Assembly: GCA_000002445.1 (NCBI GenBank)
Contig: CP000067.1
Coordinates: forward strand, 1,376,001 to 1,440,000
DNA from: Trypanosoma brucei
Taxonomy: Eukaryota
DNA length: 64,000 nucleotides
Direction of reading: 5' to 3'
Part shown: piece by piece, positions 45,559-57,514 of the stretch
Position numbering within the stretch: position 1 is the first letter of the stretch
Layout of the letters: every line of letters starts with the position of its first letter
The notes under the pieces: generated by a model
The model's input: only the letters and a program-made list of their open reading frames with translations
Told to the model about the DNA's origin: nothing
The model's database searches: none
Position numbers and translations under genes: made by a program

Positions 45559-46521
45559 TTACCCTGTGTTGATCGCCGCGTCCCTCGCCAAGCCGCTACC
45601 TCCGACCTCGCTCTTCGTATCATCTGTAGGTTGATCCTTCACGCCCTCCCTCCATAGATTCATTATTTCCTGATGCGTCTGTTTTTCCAAGAAAACTTTC
45701 CAGGTGTCGAGCATGTCTTCATACGCGGATTTGTAAGACTGAAGGTTGCTCCACGACTGACTGGCAAGGTTGCTGCCACGCCACGGCAAGTACTTCTGGA
45801 CGAAGTGTGGTATTGCGACCAATGCTGCTTTTAACAAGGGAGGTTTGTCGTTGAACTGCTTTAACACCGCATCCACAATGTACCAATAGTGCATTAGAAG
45901 CTGAGGCTGCTGGTTCTGCACGGATTCATTGAAGCACTGGTCCATCACCTCCATTACTTTCACAACGGCCACAGGATTCACACATAGCGTGTCGCATATA
46001 GTGGTGACCACAGTAATAGAGCGCTGCGTGCACCGTTCGCTGAACTCCAGGTCAATAATACGCCGTAGAAGCTTCTGCAGATCTTTGTACTTCTCCTTTT
46101 CACTAGTATCCACACCTTTGTCAATCTCGGCCCTAGACGTCACAGCTCTGGTACCCTCACTTTTTTCACTAATGGAACCGGTGCAGGCATTAGTATCAAC
46201 ACCGGTTTCAACCGTAGCCCGTGAGCTGCCATTCTGTTTAGCAGCGTTTCCATGTGTGTTAGTGATAACAGATTCGCAGTTGACGTCGTTTGGTGGTGCT
46301 GCAACGACAATGAAATTTTCATTGAGGCCATAACTTCCCGTTACCGATGGCACATCCGTTGCCGTATATGGTGGTGGATCACGGTCGTAGGTACGGCGGG
46401 GGTGACGTGTATAAGATGTGTTCCAATTGCGTGTGTGTTTGTTCGCTCGTTGATACCCACCACTGTACCCTTCCCGTATGTGTGGAGTTCGTGCCACTGG
46501 GTAGTGTGCATTGGGAAACAT
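45559..46521 (-). CDS. Hypothetical protein with a C-terminal all-helical domain, possibly CID/RPR-like.
   Basis: 320 aa with an ATG start on the PTU strand. The segment SITVVTTICDTLCVNPVAVVKVMEVMDQC...QPQLLMHYWYIVDAVLKQFNDKPP loosely resembles CTD-interaction domains (LYLaNDViQ). I have not verified this. Confidence 0.45.
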   Translation of the reverse strand: MFPNAHYPVARTPHIREGYSGGYQRANKHTRNWNTSYTRHPRRTYDRDPPPYTATDVPSVTGSYGLNENFIVVAAPPNDVNCESVITNTHGNAAKQNGSSRATVETGVDTNACTGSISEKSEGTRAVTSRAEIDKGVDTSEKEKYKDLQKLLRRIIDLEFSERCTQRSITVVTTICDTLCVNPVAVVKVMEVMDQCFNESVQNQQPQLLMHYWYIVDAVLKQFNDKPPLLKAALVAIPHFVQKYLPWRGSNLASQSWSNLQSYKSAYEDMLDTWKVFLEKQTHQEIMNLWREGVKDQPTDDTKSEVGGSGLARDAAINTG

Positions 46522-46970
46522 AACACTCCGTCGTGTTTTCCTTTTCCCCTTACCCCCTTCCCCTTTTTCTTTTTTTTGTTTCCTGTGCCGAGACGGTTGC
46601 CCACTTACACCTCAGTGAGTCTCTGGGAACGGATGTCGATGCGTGAAGAGGGGCAGAAGACGAAAAAAGAGCAAAACCAAAGAAAAGTAATAGTAGTAAA
46701 AGTAATAATAATAATAGTAATTGAAAAACACCAATCCATATATTAAATAAATCAATTACACGTGACTGACGGTATGGGACACATCGATGTGACTCCAACA
46801 CGAGTGCGTGCAATATATGGAGGAGAAAAGAAACGTAAACAAATATGTACTTATATATATATATATATATATATCATAAACAGATGTTTTTTCCACTGCA
46901 AACTCTCGAACAAAAGGAAGAATGAATAAGTAATAGGTGCACAGAGATGTGAGCACACCACATCTTATCA

Positions 46971-47666
46971 CTACACGTCATCTTCCGAGAATATGGAATC
47001 AACATCTGATGGTGCTGCCACACGCACTTCCCCTAGCAACAGTAACTCATTTCTGTCCTCCGAATGGCGGCGTGGAGAACAGAGCCGTCGAACCGGTAAC
47101 CCGCGGCCATAATTGTCAACGTCATCCCGTACGTTGCCTCGGTGGCCTCCACTGTTGTCATTCTCGCTACCTTCTGTATTGGCAGCATTACTTCTGTTGT
47201 TTGGTGAACCGTTTGAGCGCTTCCGCCTCCGGTTCAAACTGCGTGAGGCGCTGTTGAGAGCATCATGACGCTTCAGTGTATCATGTATGAACCAGAGGAG
47301 CTGCTTGACGTCCAATAATTGTGACGACTGCGTTACCCAGCGCATGGAGGAGGTAACTGACGGAACTTCAGAGGTGCTGAAGTCGCTAATGTTCGTGCGG
47401 TTACTGAAACCGCCACCTCCACCAACAAAGTCACGATTTCTACCACCGTCAACATTATTGTCTCTGTTGTTGGGACCAAAGAGGTTATATGAGGTGACTT
47501 CCTCACGTGCGGCAATAAGGGCATAGCGCTGTACCAACAAAAGTGCATCGCGATACCCAGCGTCATATGAATAAGTCGCATCACGGTACAACTCAGACAC
47601 ACTTTTTGCCGCTTCTGAAAAGCGTTGGCGCAAACCCTCCCGACCGTTATTCGGGGGTATCGGCAT
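46971..47666 (-). CDS. Hypothetical protein
   Basis: The ORF-track start is TTG, and the first ATG gives MPIPPNNGREGLRQRFSEAAKSVSELYRD.... It is on the PTU strand. The CQQCGKG motif lies upstream of the first ATG, so the true start is uncertain. Confidence 0.35.
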   Translation of the reverse strand: MPIPPNNGREGLRQRFSEAAKSVSELYRDATYSYDAGYRDALLLVQRYALIAAREEVTSYNLFGPNNRDNNVDGGRNRDFVGGGGGFSNRTNISDFSTSEVPSVTSSMRWVTQSSQLLDVKQLLWFIHDTLKRHDALNSASRSLNRRRKRSNGSPNNRSNAANTEGSENDNSGGHRGNVRDDVDNYGRGLPVRRLCSPRRHSEDRNELLLLGEVRVAAPSDVDSIFSEDDV

Positions 47667-49329
47667 TCGTTGGTTCCTCTCGTCTACTCTTTCCTCTGCA
47701 AAGGTCCCCTTCCCACACTGTTGACAAGGTGCAGAGACGATAACTATCTTAACAGAGGGTTTCAAATATGTAATAGTTACGTTGAAAAAGCAAAAAAAAA
47801 AACAATATCGATTTGAGTGAAATAAAATATTAAAAACAGAAAAAAAAGGAGGCAGAGACTAATACTAAAAAGAAAAAAAATACGCAAGGAAGATTACGAA
47901 TATATACACGCGTGACTTCAAGTTCATACCGCCGGCACGCCCCCTTTCACATTGAGTGTACGATGCTTGAATAAAAAATAATACGATTCAAGAAAAAACA
48001 AAAAAAACTGTTGGCGGCAACCGTGCGGGCATCACATGGCGTCTCCACAACAGCGAGAAGAAACGCTTAGGGTTCACCTCATATATGCGAAGAACGTTTA
48101 CATGCCGCGTTGTTTCCTTCCTGTAAAGCACCTTGAGGTGTGGCAGCATAAAGGAAATAAACAGAGAACAACGGTAATGGATACGTCGCTACATTTAAGC
48201 ACACATTTTTTTTTGTGTGTGTGTGGGGGCCGAGGTGGGTCGTTTGGTCCGTAATATACCAGAGGTGTATGCCTTAGGACACGTCTACAGAGTGATTAAT
48301 TCCCTTTAAACTCCTACCGACTGTTTGCGTACTTTCACCAACGATCACACACATAAAATAATAATCAAAGGAATCCTTCACCGAAGAGAATTCACATTGC
48401 ACTGCATGCGATGCCACGAGCCATCAAAAGGGTTGTATGAAGAAACTAACTCATCATTACTAAACCTCCTACCGGCACCAACTGTCATTGAAGTATATCT
48501 GTTGATTCAGCCACAAGATGTCAATCGTCTCTGACTCTTCCACACACGTGCGCACACATGCTTCAAACTAACGCAACCGCACATGCAGAAAAAGAAAGAT
48601 CATGGAGACTATAGGCGTTTCACAGGTAGTTAATAACAAAGCAAACGCATTAGAAATATAATAGCAATACACAACAGAGGGGAAATATATATATATATAT
48701 ATATATATATTCTTTTTGCTTCTGGTTACTCATAAAGTTCCGCTCTCAAGTTTACATTACTCCGCACTCATCACATAAAACAATCACGTACGTTACCATC
48801 AAATATATATCAACACCATCTCGTGTAACCGAATGGCGCAGCCACAAATATTACCCACAAGTTCGGTAGACATCAACATCGGAAAGCATCATAAATCAGA
48901 TGGTTTCTTCTACATCATACGGGCGCTCTTCCTCCAACGACAAAAACAAAATGAAAAGAACAAGGGAACAAAAAAGTATGGAGCCACTACAGATTGCAGC
49001 AGTGTAAAAATTTTTAAAAAAAGCAGCAAGGGATATCTAAGAGAAACACTTTCTGAATTAAGCCAAGTGTAGGAAACATAATTATACTACCGCTCCAGCA
49101 CAAATGTGTGCAAAAAAAAAATAAATAAGTAATACAACCATCAAGAAAACTCGTATCCGCTCCGTGGCGCACCAAAACGTTAAAAAAATAAAGGAAGTGG
49201 CAAGACAACCGATCGTAAGTACACAGAAAAGCGTACAATTCACTAATGACCCCCCCCAAAAAAAATAAAACAAAAACAGCCCATTACATGGGTTAGTTAA
49301 AAAATAAAAACAAATGTAATCATCACAAA

Positions 49330-50478
49330 TCAATGCTGAAAACAAGGTAGCGTGCCGCTACCGGGATACAACCATCGAACCGCCGACGGTTTATCTCCTC
49401 CTTCCCCAACAGGAAAGATATCGAACAACTCATTGTAATGTTCCTCACTAACATGGTGTATCACAACAGATTTATTTGAAATGTATTTTCTAACGCTACC
49501 AGGACCCGCATTGTGAAACCGGCACGCTTTCGTATCCACACTTATTAGGTTTCTGTACACTACCTTTTCTCTCAGTATCATTCCAACCATCACATCTTCA
49601 TAGAACATGCCAAGATCAAGAAAGTCAAAATAGTCCCACATAGAAAAGGGCATGTTCACTAGACGCTCAAGAGGTTTATACGAAATGATGGCTTGTGCAG
49701 TGTCCCTGGAGAGAGTAATGCAATATCCGTTCACATATGTAAGTTGGTTACGCCGCCATATCCGGTTATAGTAGTTGTAACGACCCATATACAAACCATG
49801 ACGAGGCATTACACGAAGGTCCGCAAGGTATTTTGGAACACGAATAAATATGTCATCATCACCCTTCACAATGTAACTTACGTTAGGAAACATGTGAAGA
49901 GCAAATCGAAGCCACAAATATGTTTTCCGGCTCATCGCAACCTCAGCCTCAATTCCCCAGTTTCCATTCTCACCAATCTTCTTCCGTGTGGATGGAGAGA
50001 CATCATTTGTTGGTAGTGTAATAATGTCATGTGTACGTGCGGCCTCTTCCTTTAGTGAGTGTGAAATCAAATAACTGTTTGACTGATGTGGTGCGAGAAG
50101 ATATAATGGCAGGAGACTCCCACTAAAGTTGTTTGATCGTGTGGCCACGCCACTATACTTCCAGCATGTCTGTCGCTGCAAGTCACGCCGCCTGCTTCTC
50201 TCACTGTTGTCCACAGAAGGAATTCCAAGGACGGCTAGGAATCTTTGTGCCTTCCACACGGCAGCAACATTAGACGGAACGAACATCAAATATTCATCCT
50301 CGTCTATCGGTTGTGAAACTCCAGCCTGATTTTCATCTAAAAAAGTAGATACCACATGAATTCTATGTAAGTTGCAGCAGATAATCAAGAGTGACATCAC
50401 AAGTAGAAGTATCACTGCTATGTCTGCTGTACGTGGCCTCCTCCTCGCTTGTGTTGGTCGCATCTTCAGCGGTGACAT
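49330..50478 (-). CDS. UDP-Gal/UDP-GlcNAc-dependent glycosyltransferase (GT67/beta3GT-like), array copy 1, with a divergent C-terminus.
   Basis: This copy matches the array consensus from the ATG (MSPLKMRPTQARRRPRTADIAVILLLVMSLLIICC) through the DxD motif YIVKGDDDIFIRV and the EDVMVGMIL motif. The last ~70 aa differ (…ISVDTKACRFHNAGPGSVRKYISNKSVVIHHVSEEHYNELFDIFPVGEGGDKPSAVRWLYPGSGTLPCFQH). DNA identity to the other units breaks at about 49545. Confidence 0.8.
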   Translation of the reverse strand: MSPLKMRPTQARRRPRTADIAVILLLVMSLLIICCNLHRIHVVSTFLDENQAGVSQPIDEDEYLMFVPSNVAAVWKAQRFLAVLGIPSVDNSERSRRRDLQRQTCWKYSGVATRSNNFSGSLLPLYLLAPHQSNSYLISHSLKEEAARTHDIITLPTNDVSPSTRKKIGENGNWGIEAEVAMSRKTYLWLRFALHMFPNVSYIVKGDDDIFIRVPKYLADLRVMPRHGLYMGRYNYYNRIWRRNQLTYVNGYCITLSRDTAQAIISYKPLERLVNMPFSMWDYFDFLDLGMFYEDVMVGMILREKVVYRNLISVDTKACRFHNAGPGSVRKYISNKSVVIHHVSEEHYNELFDIFPVGEGGDKPSAVRWLYPGSGTLPCFQH

Positions 50479-51034
50479 GTCTACAAAGAAGTTATCGAGG
50501 GAAAAACAATTTAAATTGGCAAATGCGAGAATTCGCGCAGTCGTTAGCAACACAATTAGCTGACAAATTCATGTTCATCACAATTCAATGTAGACCGCTA
50601 TGAAAGAACTCATAAAGGTCGTATGAGGCATGAGGATATACGTCCACGAGGGAGACATTTGAAATCATGAATATCTCAACAGTTATTAAACTTTACAACT
50701 TAAGTAGGACATCCACTCCCAAACTAGGCAATATTTTAAAAGTTACATTTGGGGGAAAGGGACCGTTAATCACGGTTTCGAACGATACCCAAAAACTGTT
50801 CATAACCAAACCTCCCAGTTTTGACCGAAACGAAACGGCGTAACTGTCATGTGATCAACAAATGAGTTCCAAGGAAAAATAATCAACGAACGGTATAGTA
50901 TGCCGTCGGTTATTACACACAGACACACACACACAGAAAGTAACTAAAGTGTTTCAGGAATAGGAGTGACGCTAATACAATCCTAACAAACTATAGGGTG
51001 AGGGATCTCATAGTTCCCAAGCAACCTCAATAAT

Positions 51035-52237
51035 TCAGGCCCTCTTACGCCAAAAGGGAAAAGAAGGTAGGATTTCTCTTTTCCGTCCAAGTCGGAATTC
51101 ACACTGCATCGCCGCCCAATTGCTATTCAACCACATTAGCTTTGAGGGTGCCGGTGGTATTACACCTTCAGGAAAGTAGTCCATTAACATTTCGTAATCG
51201 GCTTCCTGTATGTGGTGTATCACAACAGACATGTTCCTAACGCTCTTCTTCACACCAAACTTGCCCGCATTGTGAAAGTGACAACGACCCATCTCCACAC
51301 TTATTAGGTTTCTGTACACTACCTTTTCTCTCAGTATCATTCCAACCATCACATCTTCATAGAACATGCCAAGATCAAGAAAGTCAAAATAGTCCCACAT
51401 AGAAAAGGGCATGTTCACTAGACGCTCAAGAGGTTTATACGAGATGATGGCTTGTGCAGTGTCCCTGGAGAGAGTAATGCAATATCCGTTCACATATGTA
51501 AGTTGGTTACGCCGCCATATCCGGTTATAGTAGTTGTAACGACCCATATACAAACCATGACGAGGCATTACACGAAGGTCCGCAAGGTATTTTGGAACAC
51601 GAATAAATATGTCATCATCACCCTTCACAATGTAACTTACGTTAGGAAACATGTGAAGAGCAAACCGAAGCCACAAATATGTTTTCCGACTCATCGCAAC
51701 CTCAGCCTCAATTCCCCAGTTTCCATTCTCACCAATCTTCTTCCGTGTGGATGGAGAGACATCATTTGTTGGTAGTGTAATAATGTCATGTGTACGTGCG
51801 GCCTCTTCCTTTAGTGAGTGTGAAATCAAATAACTGTTTGACTGATGTGGTGCGAGAAGATATAATGGCAGGAGACTCCCACTAAAGTTGTTTGATCGTG
51901 TGGCCACGCCACTATACTTCCAGCATGTCTGTCGCTGCAAGTCACGCCGCCTGCTTCTCTCACTGTTGTCCACAGAAGGAATTCCAAGGACGGCTAGGAA
52001 TCTTTGTGCCTTCCACACGGCAGCAACATTAGACGGAACGAACATCAAATATTCATCTTCGTCTATCGGTTGTGAAACTCCAGCCTGATTTTCATCTAAA
52101 AAAGTAGATACCACATGAATTCTATGTAAGTTGCAGCAGATAATCAAGAGTGACATCACAAGTAGAAGTATCACTGCTATGTCTGCTGTACGTGGCCTCC
52201 TCCTCGCTTGTGTTGGTCGCATCTTCAGCGGTGACAT
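51035..52237 (-). CDS. UDP-Gal/UDP-GlcNAc-dependent glycosyltransferase (GT67/beta3GT-like), array copy 2.
   Basis: About 400 aa from the first ATG; the track start at 52310-52312 is GTG. It has type II topology, with a short basic cytoplasmic tail and a single transmembrane segment. The DxD motif is GDDD, and the beta3GT ED(V)xxG motif is YEDVMVGMIL. This is one unit of the 1759-bp tandem repeat. Confidence 0.85.
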   Translation of the reverse strand: MSPLKMRPTQARRRPRTADIAVILLLVMSLLIICCNLHRIHVVSTFLDENQAGVSQPIDEDEYLMFVPSNVAAVWKAQRFLAVLGIPSVDNSERSRRRDLQRQTCWKYSGVATRSNNFSGSLLPLYLLAPHQSNSYLISHSLKEEAARTHDIITLPTNDVSPSTRKKIGENGNWGIEAEVAMSRKTYLWLRFALHMFPNVSYIVKGDDDIFIRVPKYLADLRVMPRHGLYMGRYNYYNRIWRRNQLTYVNGYCITLSRDTAQAIISYKPLERLVNMPFSMWDYFDFLDLGMFYEDVMVGMILREKVVYRNLISVEMGRCHFHNAGKFGVKKSVRNMSVVIHHIQEADYEMLMDYFPEGVIPPAPSKLMWLNSNWAAMQCEFRLGRKREILPSFPFWRKRA

Positions 52238-52793
52238 GTCTACAAAGAAGTTATCGAGGGAAAAACAATTTAAATTGGCAAATGCGAGAATTCGCGCAGT
52301 TGTTAGAAACACAATTAGCTGACAAATTCATGTTCATCACAATTCAATGTAGACCGCTATGAAAGAACTCATAAAGGTCGTATGAGGCATGAGGATATAC
52401 GTCCACGAGGGAGACATTTGAAATCATGAATATCTCAACAGTTATTAAACTTTACAACTTAAGTAGGACATCCACTCCCAAACTAGGCAATATTTTAAAA
52501 GTTACATTTGGGGGAAAGGGACCGTTAATCACGGTTTCGAACGATACCCAAAAACTGTTCATAACCAAACCTCCCAGTTTTGACCGAAACGAAACGGCGT
52601 AACTGTCATGTGATCAACAAATGAGTTCCAAGGAAAAATAATCAACGAACGGTATAGTATGCCGTCGGTTATTACACACAGACACACACACACAGAAAGT
52701 AACTAAAGTGTTTCAGGAATAGGAGTGACGCTAATACAATCCTAACAAACTATAGGGTGAGGGATCTCATAGTTCCCAAGCAACCTCAATAAT

Positions 52794-53996
52794 TCAGGCC
52801 CTCTTACGCCAAAAGGGAAAAGAAGGTAGGATTTCTCTTTTCCGTCCAAGTCGGAATTCACACTGCATCGCCGCCCAATTGCTATTCAACCACATTAGCT
52901 TTGAGGGTGCCGGTGGTATTACACCTTCAGGAAAGTAGTCCATTAACATTTCGTAATCGGCTTCCTGTATGTGGTGTATCACAACAGACATGTTCCTAAC
53001 GCTCTTCTTCACACCAAACTTGCCCGCATTGTGAAAGTGACAACGACCCATCTCCACACTTATTAGGTTTCTGTACACTACCTTTTCTCTCAGTATCATT
53101 CCAACCATCACATCTTCATAGAACATGCCAAGATCAAGAAAGTCAAAATAGTCCCACATAGAAAAGGGCATGTTCACTAGACGCTCAAGAGGTTTATACG
53201 AAATGATGGCTTGTGCAGTGTCCCTGGAGAGAGTAATGCAATATCCGTTCACATATGTAAGTTGGTTACGCCGCCATATCCGGTTATAGTAGTTGTAACG
53301 ACCCATATACAAACCATGACGAGGCATTACACGAAGGTCCGCAAGGTATTTTGGAACACGAATAAATATGTCATCATCACCCTTCACAATGTAACTTACG
53401 TTAGGAAACATGTGAAGAGCAAACCGAAGCCACAAATATGTTTTCCGACTCATCGCAACCTCAGCCTCAATTCCCCAGTTTCCATTCTCACCAATCTTCT
53501 TCCGTGTGGATGGAGAGACATCATTTGTTGGTAGTGTAATAATGTCATGTGTACGTGCGGCCTCTTCCTTTAGTGAGTGTGAAATCAAATAACTGTTTGA
53601 CTGATGTGGTGCGAGAAGACATAATGGCAGGAGACTCCCACTAAAGTTGTTTGATCGTGTGGCCACGCCACTATACTTCCAGCATGTCTGTCGCTGCAAG
53701 TCACGCCGCCTGCTTCTCTCACTGTTGTCCACAGAAGGAATTCCAAGGACGGCTAGGAACCTTTGTGCCTTCCACACGGCAGCAACATTAGACGGAACGA
53801 ACATCAAATATTCACCTTCGTCTATCGGTTGTGAAACTCCAGCCTGATTTTCATCTAAAAAAGTAGATACCTCATGAATTCTATGTAAGTTGCAGCAGAT
53901 AATCAAGAGTGACATCACAAGTAGAAGTATCACTGCTATGTCTGCTGTACGTGGCCTCCTCCTCGCTTGTGTTGGTCGCATCTTCAGCGGTGACAT
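52794..53996 (-). CDS. UDP-Gal/UDP-GlcNAc-dependent glycosyltransferase, array copy 3.
   Basis: Same as copy 2, with HRIHEVSTF / EGEY / LPLCLL / YSPSS substitutions. Confidence 0.85.
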   Translation of the reverse strand: MSPLKMRPTQARRRPRTADIAVILLLVMSLLIICCNLHRIHEVSTFLDENQAGVSQPIDEGEYLMFVPSNVAAVWKAQRFLAVLGIPSVDNSERSRRRDLQRQTCWKYSGVATRSNNFSGSLLPLCLLAPHQSNSYLISHSLKEEAARTHDIITLPTNDVSPSTRKKIGENGNWGIEAEVAMSRKTYLWLRFALHMFPNVSYIVKGDDDIFIRVPKYLADLRVMPRHGLYMGRYNYYNRIWRRNQLTYVNGYCITLSRDTAQAIISYKPLERLVNMPFSMWDYFDFLDLGMFYEDVMVGMILREKVVYRNLISVEMGRCHFHNAGKFGVKKSVRNMSVVIHHIQEADYEMLMDYFPEGVIPPAPSKLMWLNSNWAAMQCEFRLGRKREILPSFPFWRKRA

Positions 53997-54552
53997 GTCT
54001 ACAAAGAAGTTATCGAGGGAAAAACAATTTAAATTGGCAAATGCGAGAATTCGCGCAGTTGTTAGAAACACAATTAGCTGACAAATTCATGTTCATCACA
54101 ATTCAATGTAGACCGCTATGAAAGAACTCATAAAGGTCGTATGAGGCATGAGGATATACGTCCACGAGGGAGACATTTGAAATCATGAATATCTCAACAG
54201 TTATTAAACTTTACAACTTAAGTAGGACATCCACTCCCAAACTAGGCAATATTTTAAAAGTTACATTTGGGGGAAAGGGACCGTTAATCACGGTTTCGAA
54301 CGATACCCAAAAACTGTTCATAACCAAACCTCCCAGTTTTGACCGAAACGAAACGGCGTAACTGTCATGTGATCAACAAATGAGTTCCAAGGAAAAATAA
54401 TCAACGAACGGTATAGTATGCCGTCGGTTATTACACACAGACACACACACACAGAAAGTAACTAAAGTGTTTCAGGAATAGGAGTGACGCTAATACAATC
54501 CTAACAAACTATAGGGTGAGGGATCTCATAGTTCCCAAGCAACCTCAATAAT

Positions 54553-55755
54553 TCAGGCCCTCTTACGCCAAAAGGGAAAAGAAGGTAGGATTTCTCTTTT
54601 CCGTCCAAGTCGGAATTCACACTGCATCGCTGCCCAATTGCTATTCAACCACATTAGCTTTGAGGGTGCCGGTGGTATTACACCTTCAGGAAAGTAGTCC
54701 ATTAACATTTCGTAATCGGCTTCCTGTATGTGGTGTATCACAACAGACATGTTCCTAACGCTCTTCTTCACACCAAACTTGCCCGCATTGTGAAAGTGAC
54801 AACGACCCATCTCCACACTTATTAGGTTTCTGTACACTACCTTTTCTCTCAGTATCATTCCAACCATCACATCTTCATAGAACATGCCAAGATCAAGAAA
54901 GTCAAAATAGTCCCACATAGAAAAGGGCATGTTCACTAGACGCTCAAGAGGTTTATACGAAATGATGGCTTGTGCAGTGTCCCTGGAGAGAGTAATGCAA
55001 TATCCGTTCACATATGTAAGTTGGTTACGCCGCCATATCCGGTTATAGTAGTTGTAACGACCCATATACAAACCATGACGAGGCATTACACGAAGGTCCG
55101 CAAGGTATTTTGGAACACGAATAAATATGTCATCATCACCCTTCACAATGTAACTTACGTTAGGAAACATGTGAAGAGCAAACCGAAGCCACAAATATGT
55201 TTTCCGACTCATCGCAACCTCAGCCTCAATTCCCCAGTTTCCATTCTCACCAATCTTCTTCCGTGTGGATGGAGAGACATCATTTGTTGGTAGTGTAATA
55301 ATGTCATGTGTACGTGCGGCCTCTTCCTTTAGTGAGTGTGAAATCAAATAACTGTTTGACTGATGTGGTGCGAGAAGACATAATGGCAGGAGACTCCCAC
55401 TAAAGTTGTTTGATCGTGTGGCCACGCCACTATACTTCCAGCATGTCTGTCGCTGCAAGTCACGCCGCCTGCTTCTCTCACTGTTGTCCACAGAAGGAAT
55501 TCCAAGGACGGCTAGGAACCTTTGTGCCTTCCACACGGCAGCAACATTAGACGGAACGAACATCAAATATTCACCTTCGTCTATCGGTTGTGAAACTCCA
55601 GCCTGATTTTCATCTAAAAAAGTAGATACCTCATGAATTCTATGTAAGTTGCAGCAGATAATCAAGAGTGACATCACAAGTAGAAGTATCACTGCTATGT
55701 CTGCTGTACGTGGCCTCCTCCTCGCTTGTGTTGGTCGCATCTTCAGCGGTGACAT
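54553..55755 (-). CDS. UDP-Gal/UDP-GlcNAc-dependent glycosyltransferase, array copy 4.
   Basis: Same variant type as copy 3, plus NCFSV in the 5' leader and a Thr in the antisense overlap. The unit is full length. Confidence 0.85.
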   Translation of the reverse strand: MSPLKMRPTQARRRPRTADIAVILLLVMSLLIICCNLHRIHEVSTFLDENQAGVSQPIDEGEYLMFVPSNVAAVWKAQRFLAVLGIPSVDNSERSRRRDLQRQTCWKYSGVATRSNNFSGSLLPLCLLAPHQSNSYLISHSLKEEAARTHDIITLPTNDVSPSTRKKIGENGNWGIEAEVAMSRKTYLWLRFALHMFPNVSYIVKGDDDIFIRVPKYLADLRVMPRHGLYMGRYNYYNRIWRRNQLTYVNGYCITLSRDTAQAIISYKPLERLVNMPFSMWDYFDFLDLGMFYEDVMVGMILREKVVYRNLISVEMGRCHFHNAGKFGVKKSVRNMSVVIHHIQEADYEMLMDYFPEGVIPPAPSKLMWLNSNWAAMQCEFRLGRKREILPSFPFWRKRA

Positions 55756-56311
55756 GTCTACAAAGAAGTTATCGACGGAAAAACAATTTAAATTGGCAAA
55801 TGCGAGAATTCGCGCAGTTGTTAGAAACACAATTAGCTGACAAATTCATGTTCATCACAATTCAATGTAGACCGCTATGAAAGAACTCATAAAGGTCGTA
55901 TGAGGCATGAGGATATACGTCCACGAGGGAGACATTTGAAATCATGAATATCTCAACAGTTATTAAACTTTACAACTTAAGTAGGACATCCACTCCCAAA
56001 CTAGGCAATATTTTAAAAGTTACATTTGGGGGAAAGGGACCGTTAATCACGGTTTCGAACGATACCCAAAAACTGTTCATAACCAAACCTCCCAGTTTTG
56101 ACCGAAACGAAACGGCGTAACTGTCATGTGATCAACAAATGAGTTCCAAGGAAAAATAATCAACGAACGGTATAGTATGCCGTCGGTTATTACACACAGA
56201 CACACACAAACAGAAAGTAACTAAAGTGTTTCAGGAATAGGAGTGACGCTAATACAATCCTAACAAACTATAGGGTGAGGGATCTCATAGTTCCCAAGCA
56301 ACCTCAATAAT

Positions 56312-57514
56312 TCAGGCCCTCTTACGCCAAAAGGGAAAAGAAGGTAGGATTTCTCTTTTCCGTCCAAGTCGGAATTCACACTGCATCGCTGCCCAATTGC
56401 TATTCAACCACATTAGCTTTGAGGGTGCCGGTGGTATTACACCTTCAGGAAAGTAGTCCATTAACATTTCGTAATCGGCTTCCTGTATGTGGTGTATCAC
56501 AACAGACATGTTCCTAACGCTCTTCTTCACACCAAACTTGCCCGCATTGTGAAAGTGACAACGACCCATCTCCACACTTATTAGGTTTCTGTACACTACC
56601 TTTTCTCTCAGTATCATTCCAACCATCACATCTTCATAGAACATGCCAAGATCAAGAAAGTCAAAATAGTCCCACATAGAAAAGGGCATGTTCACTAGAC
56701 GCTCAAGAGGTTTATACGAAATGATGGCTTGTGCAGTGTCCCTGGAGAGAGTAATGCAATATCCGTTCACATATGTAAGTTGGTTACGCCGCCATATCCG
56801 GTTATAGTAGTTGTAACGACCCATATACAAACCATGACGAGGCATTACACGAAGGTCCGCAAGGTATTTTGGAACACGAATAAATATGTCATCATCACCC
56901 TTCACAATGTAACTTACGTTAGGAAACATGTAAAGAGCAAACCGAAGCCACAAATATGTTTTCCGACTCATCGCAACCTCAGCCTCAATTCCCCAGTTTC
57001 CATTCTCACCAATCTTCTTCCGTGTGGATGGAGAGACATCATTTGTTGGTAGTGTAATAATGTCATGTGTACGTGCGGCCTCTTCCTTTAGTGAATGTGA
57101 AATCAAATAACTGTTTGACTGATGTGGTGCGAGAAGATATAATGGCAGGAGACTCCCACTAAAGTTGTTTGATCGTGTGGCCACGCCACTATACTTCCAG
57201 CATGTCTGTCGCTGCAAGTCACGCCGCCTGCTTCTCTCACTGTTGTCCACAGAAGGAATTCCAAGGACGGCTAGGAATCTTTGTGCCTTCCACACGGCAG
57301 CAACATTAGACGGAACGAACATCAAATATTCATCTTCGTCTATCGGTTGTGAAACTCCAGCCTGATTTTCATCTAAAAAAGTAGATACCACATGAATTCT
57401 ATGTAAGTTGCAGCAGATAATCAAGAGTGACATCACAAGTAGAAGTATCACTGCTATGTCTGCTGTACGTGGCCTCCTCCTCGCTTGTGTTGGTCGCATC
57501 TTCAGCGGTGACAT
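56312..57514 (-). CDS. UDP-Gal/UDP-GlcNAc-dependent glycosyltransferase, array copy 5.
   Basis: Same variant type as copy 2, with a single H-to-Y change (FALYMFPN). Confidence 0.85.
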   Translation of the reverse strand: MSPLKMRPTQARRRPRTADIAVILLLVMSLLIICCNLHRIHVVSTFLDENQAGVSQPIDEDEYLMFVPSNVAAVWKAQRFLAVLGIPSVDNSERSRRRDLQRQTCWKYSGVATRSNNFSGSLLPLYLLAPHQSNSYLISHSLKEEAARTHDIITLPTNDVSPSTRKKIGENGNWGIEAEVAMSRKTYLWLRFALYMFPNVSYIVKGDDDIFIRVPKYLADLRVMPRHGLYMGRYNYYNRIWRRNQLTYVNGYCITLSRDTAQAIISYKPLERLVNMPFSMWDYFDFLDLGMFYEDVMVGMILREKVVYRNLISVEMGRCHFHNAGKFGVKKSVRNMSVVIHHIQEADYEMLMDYFPEGVIPPAPSKLMWLNSNWAAMQCEFRLGRKREILPSFPFWRKRA

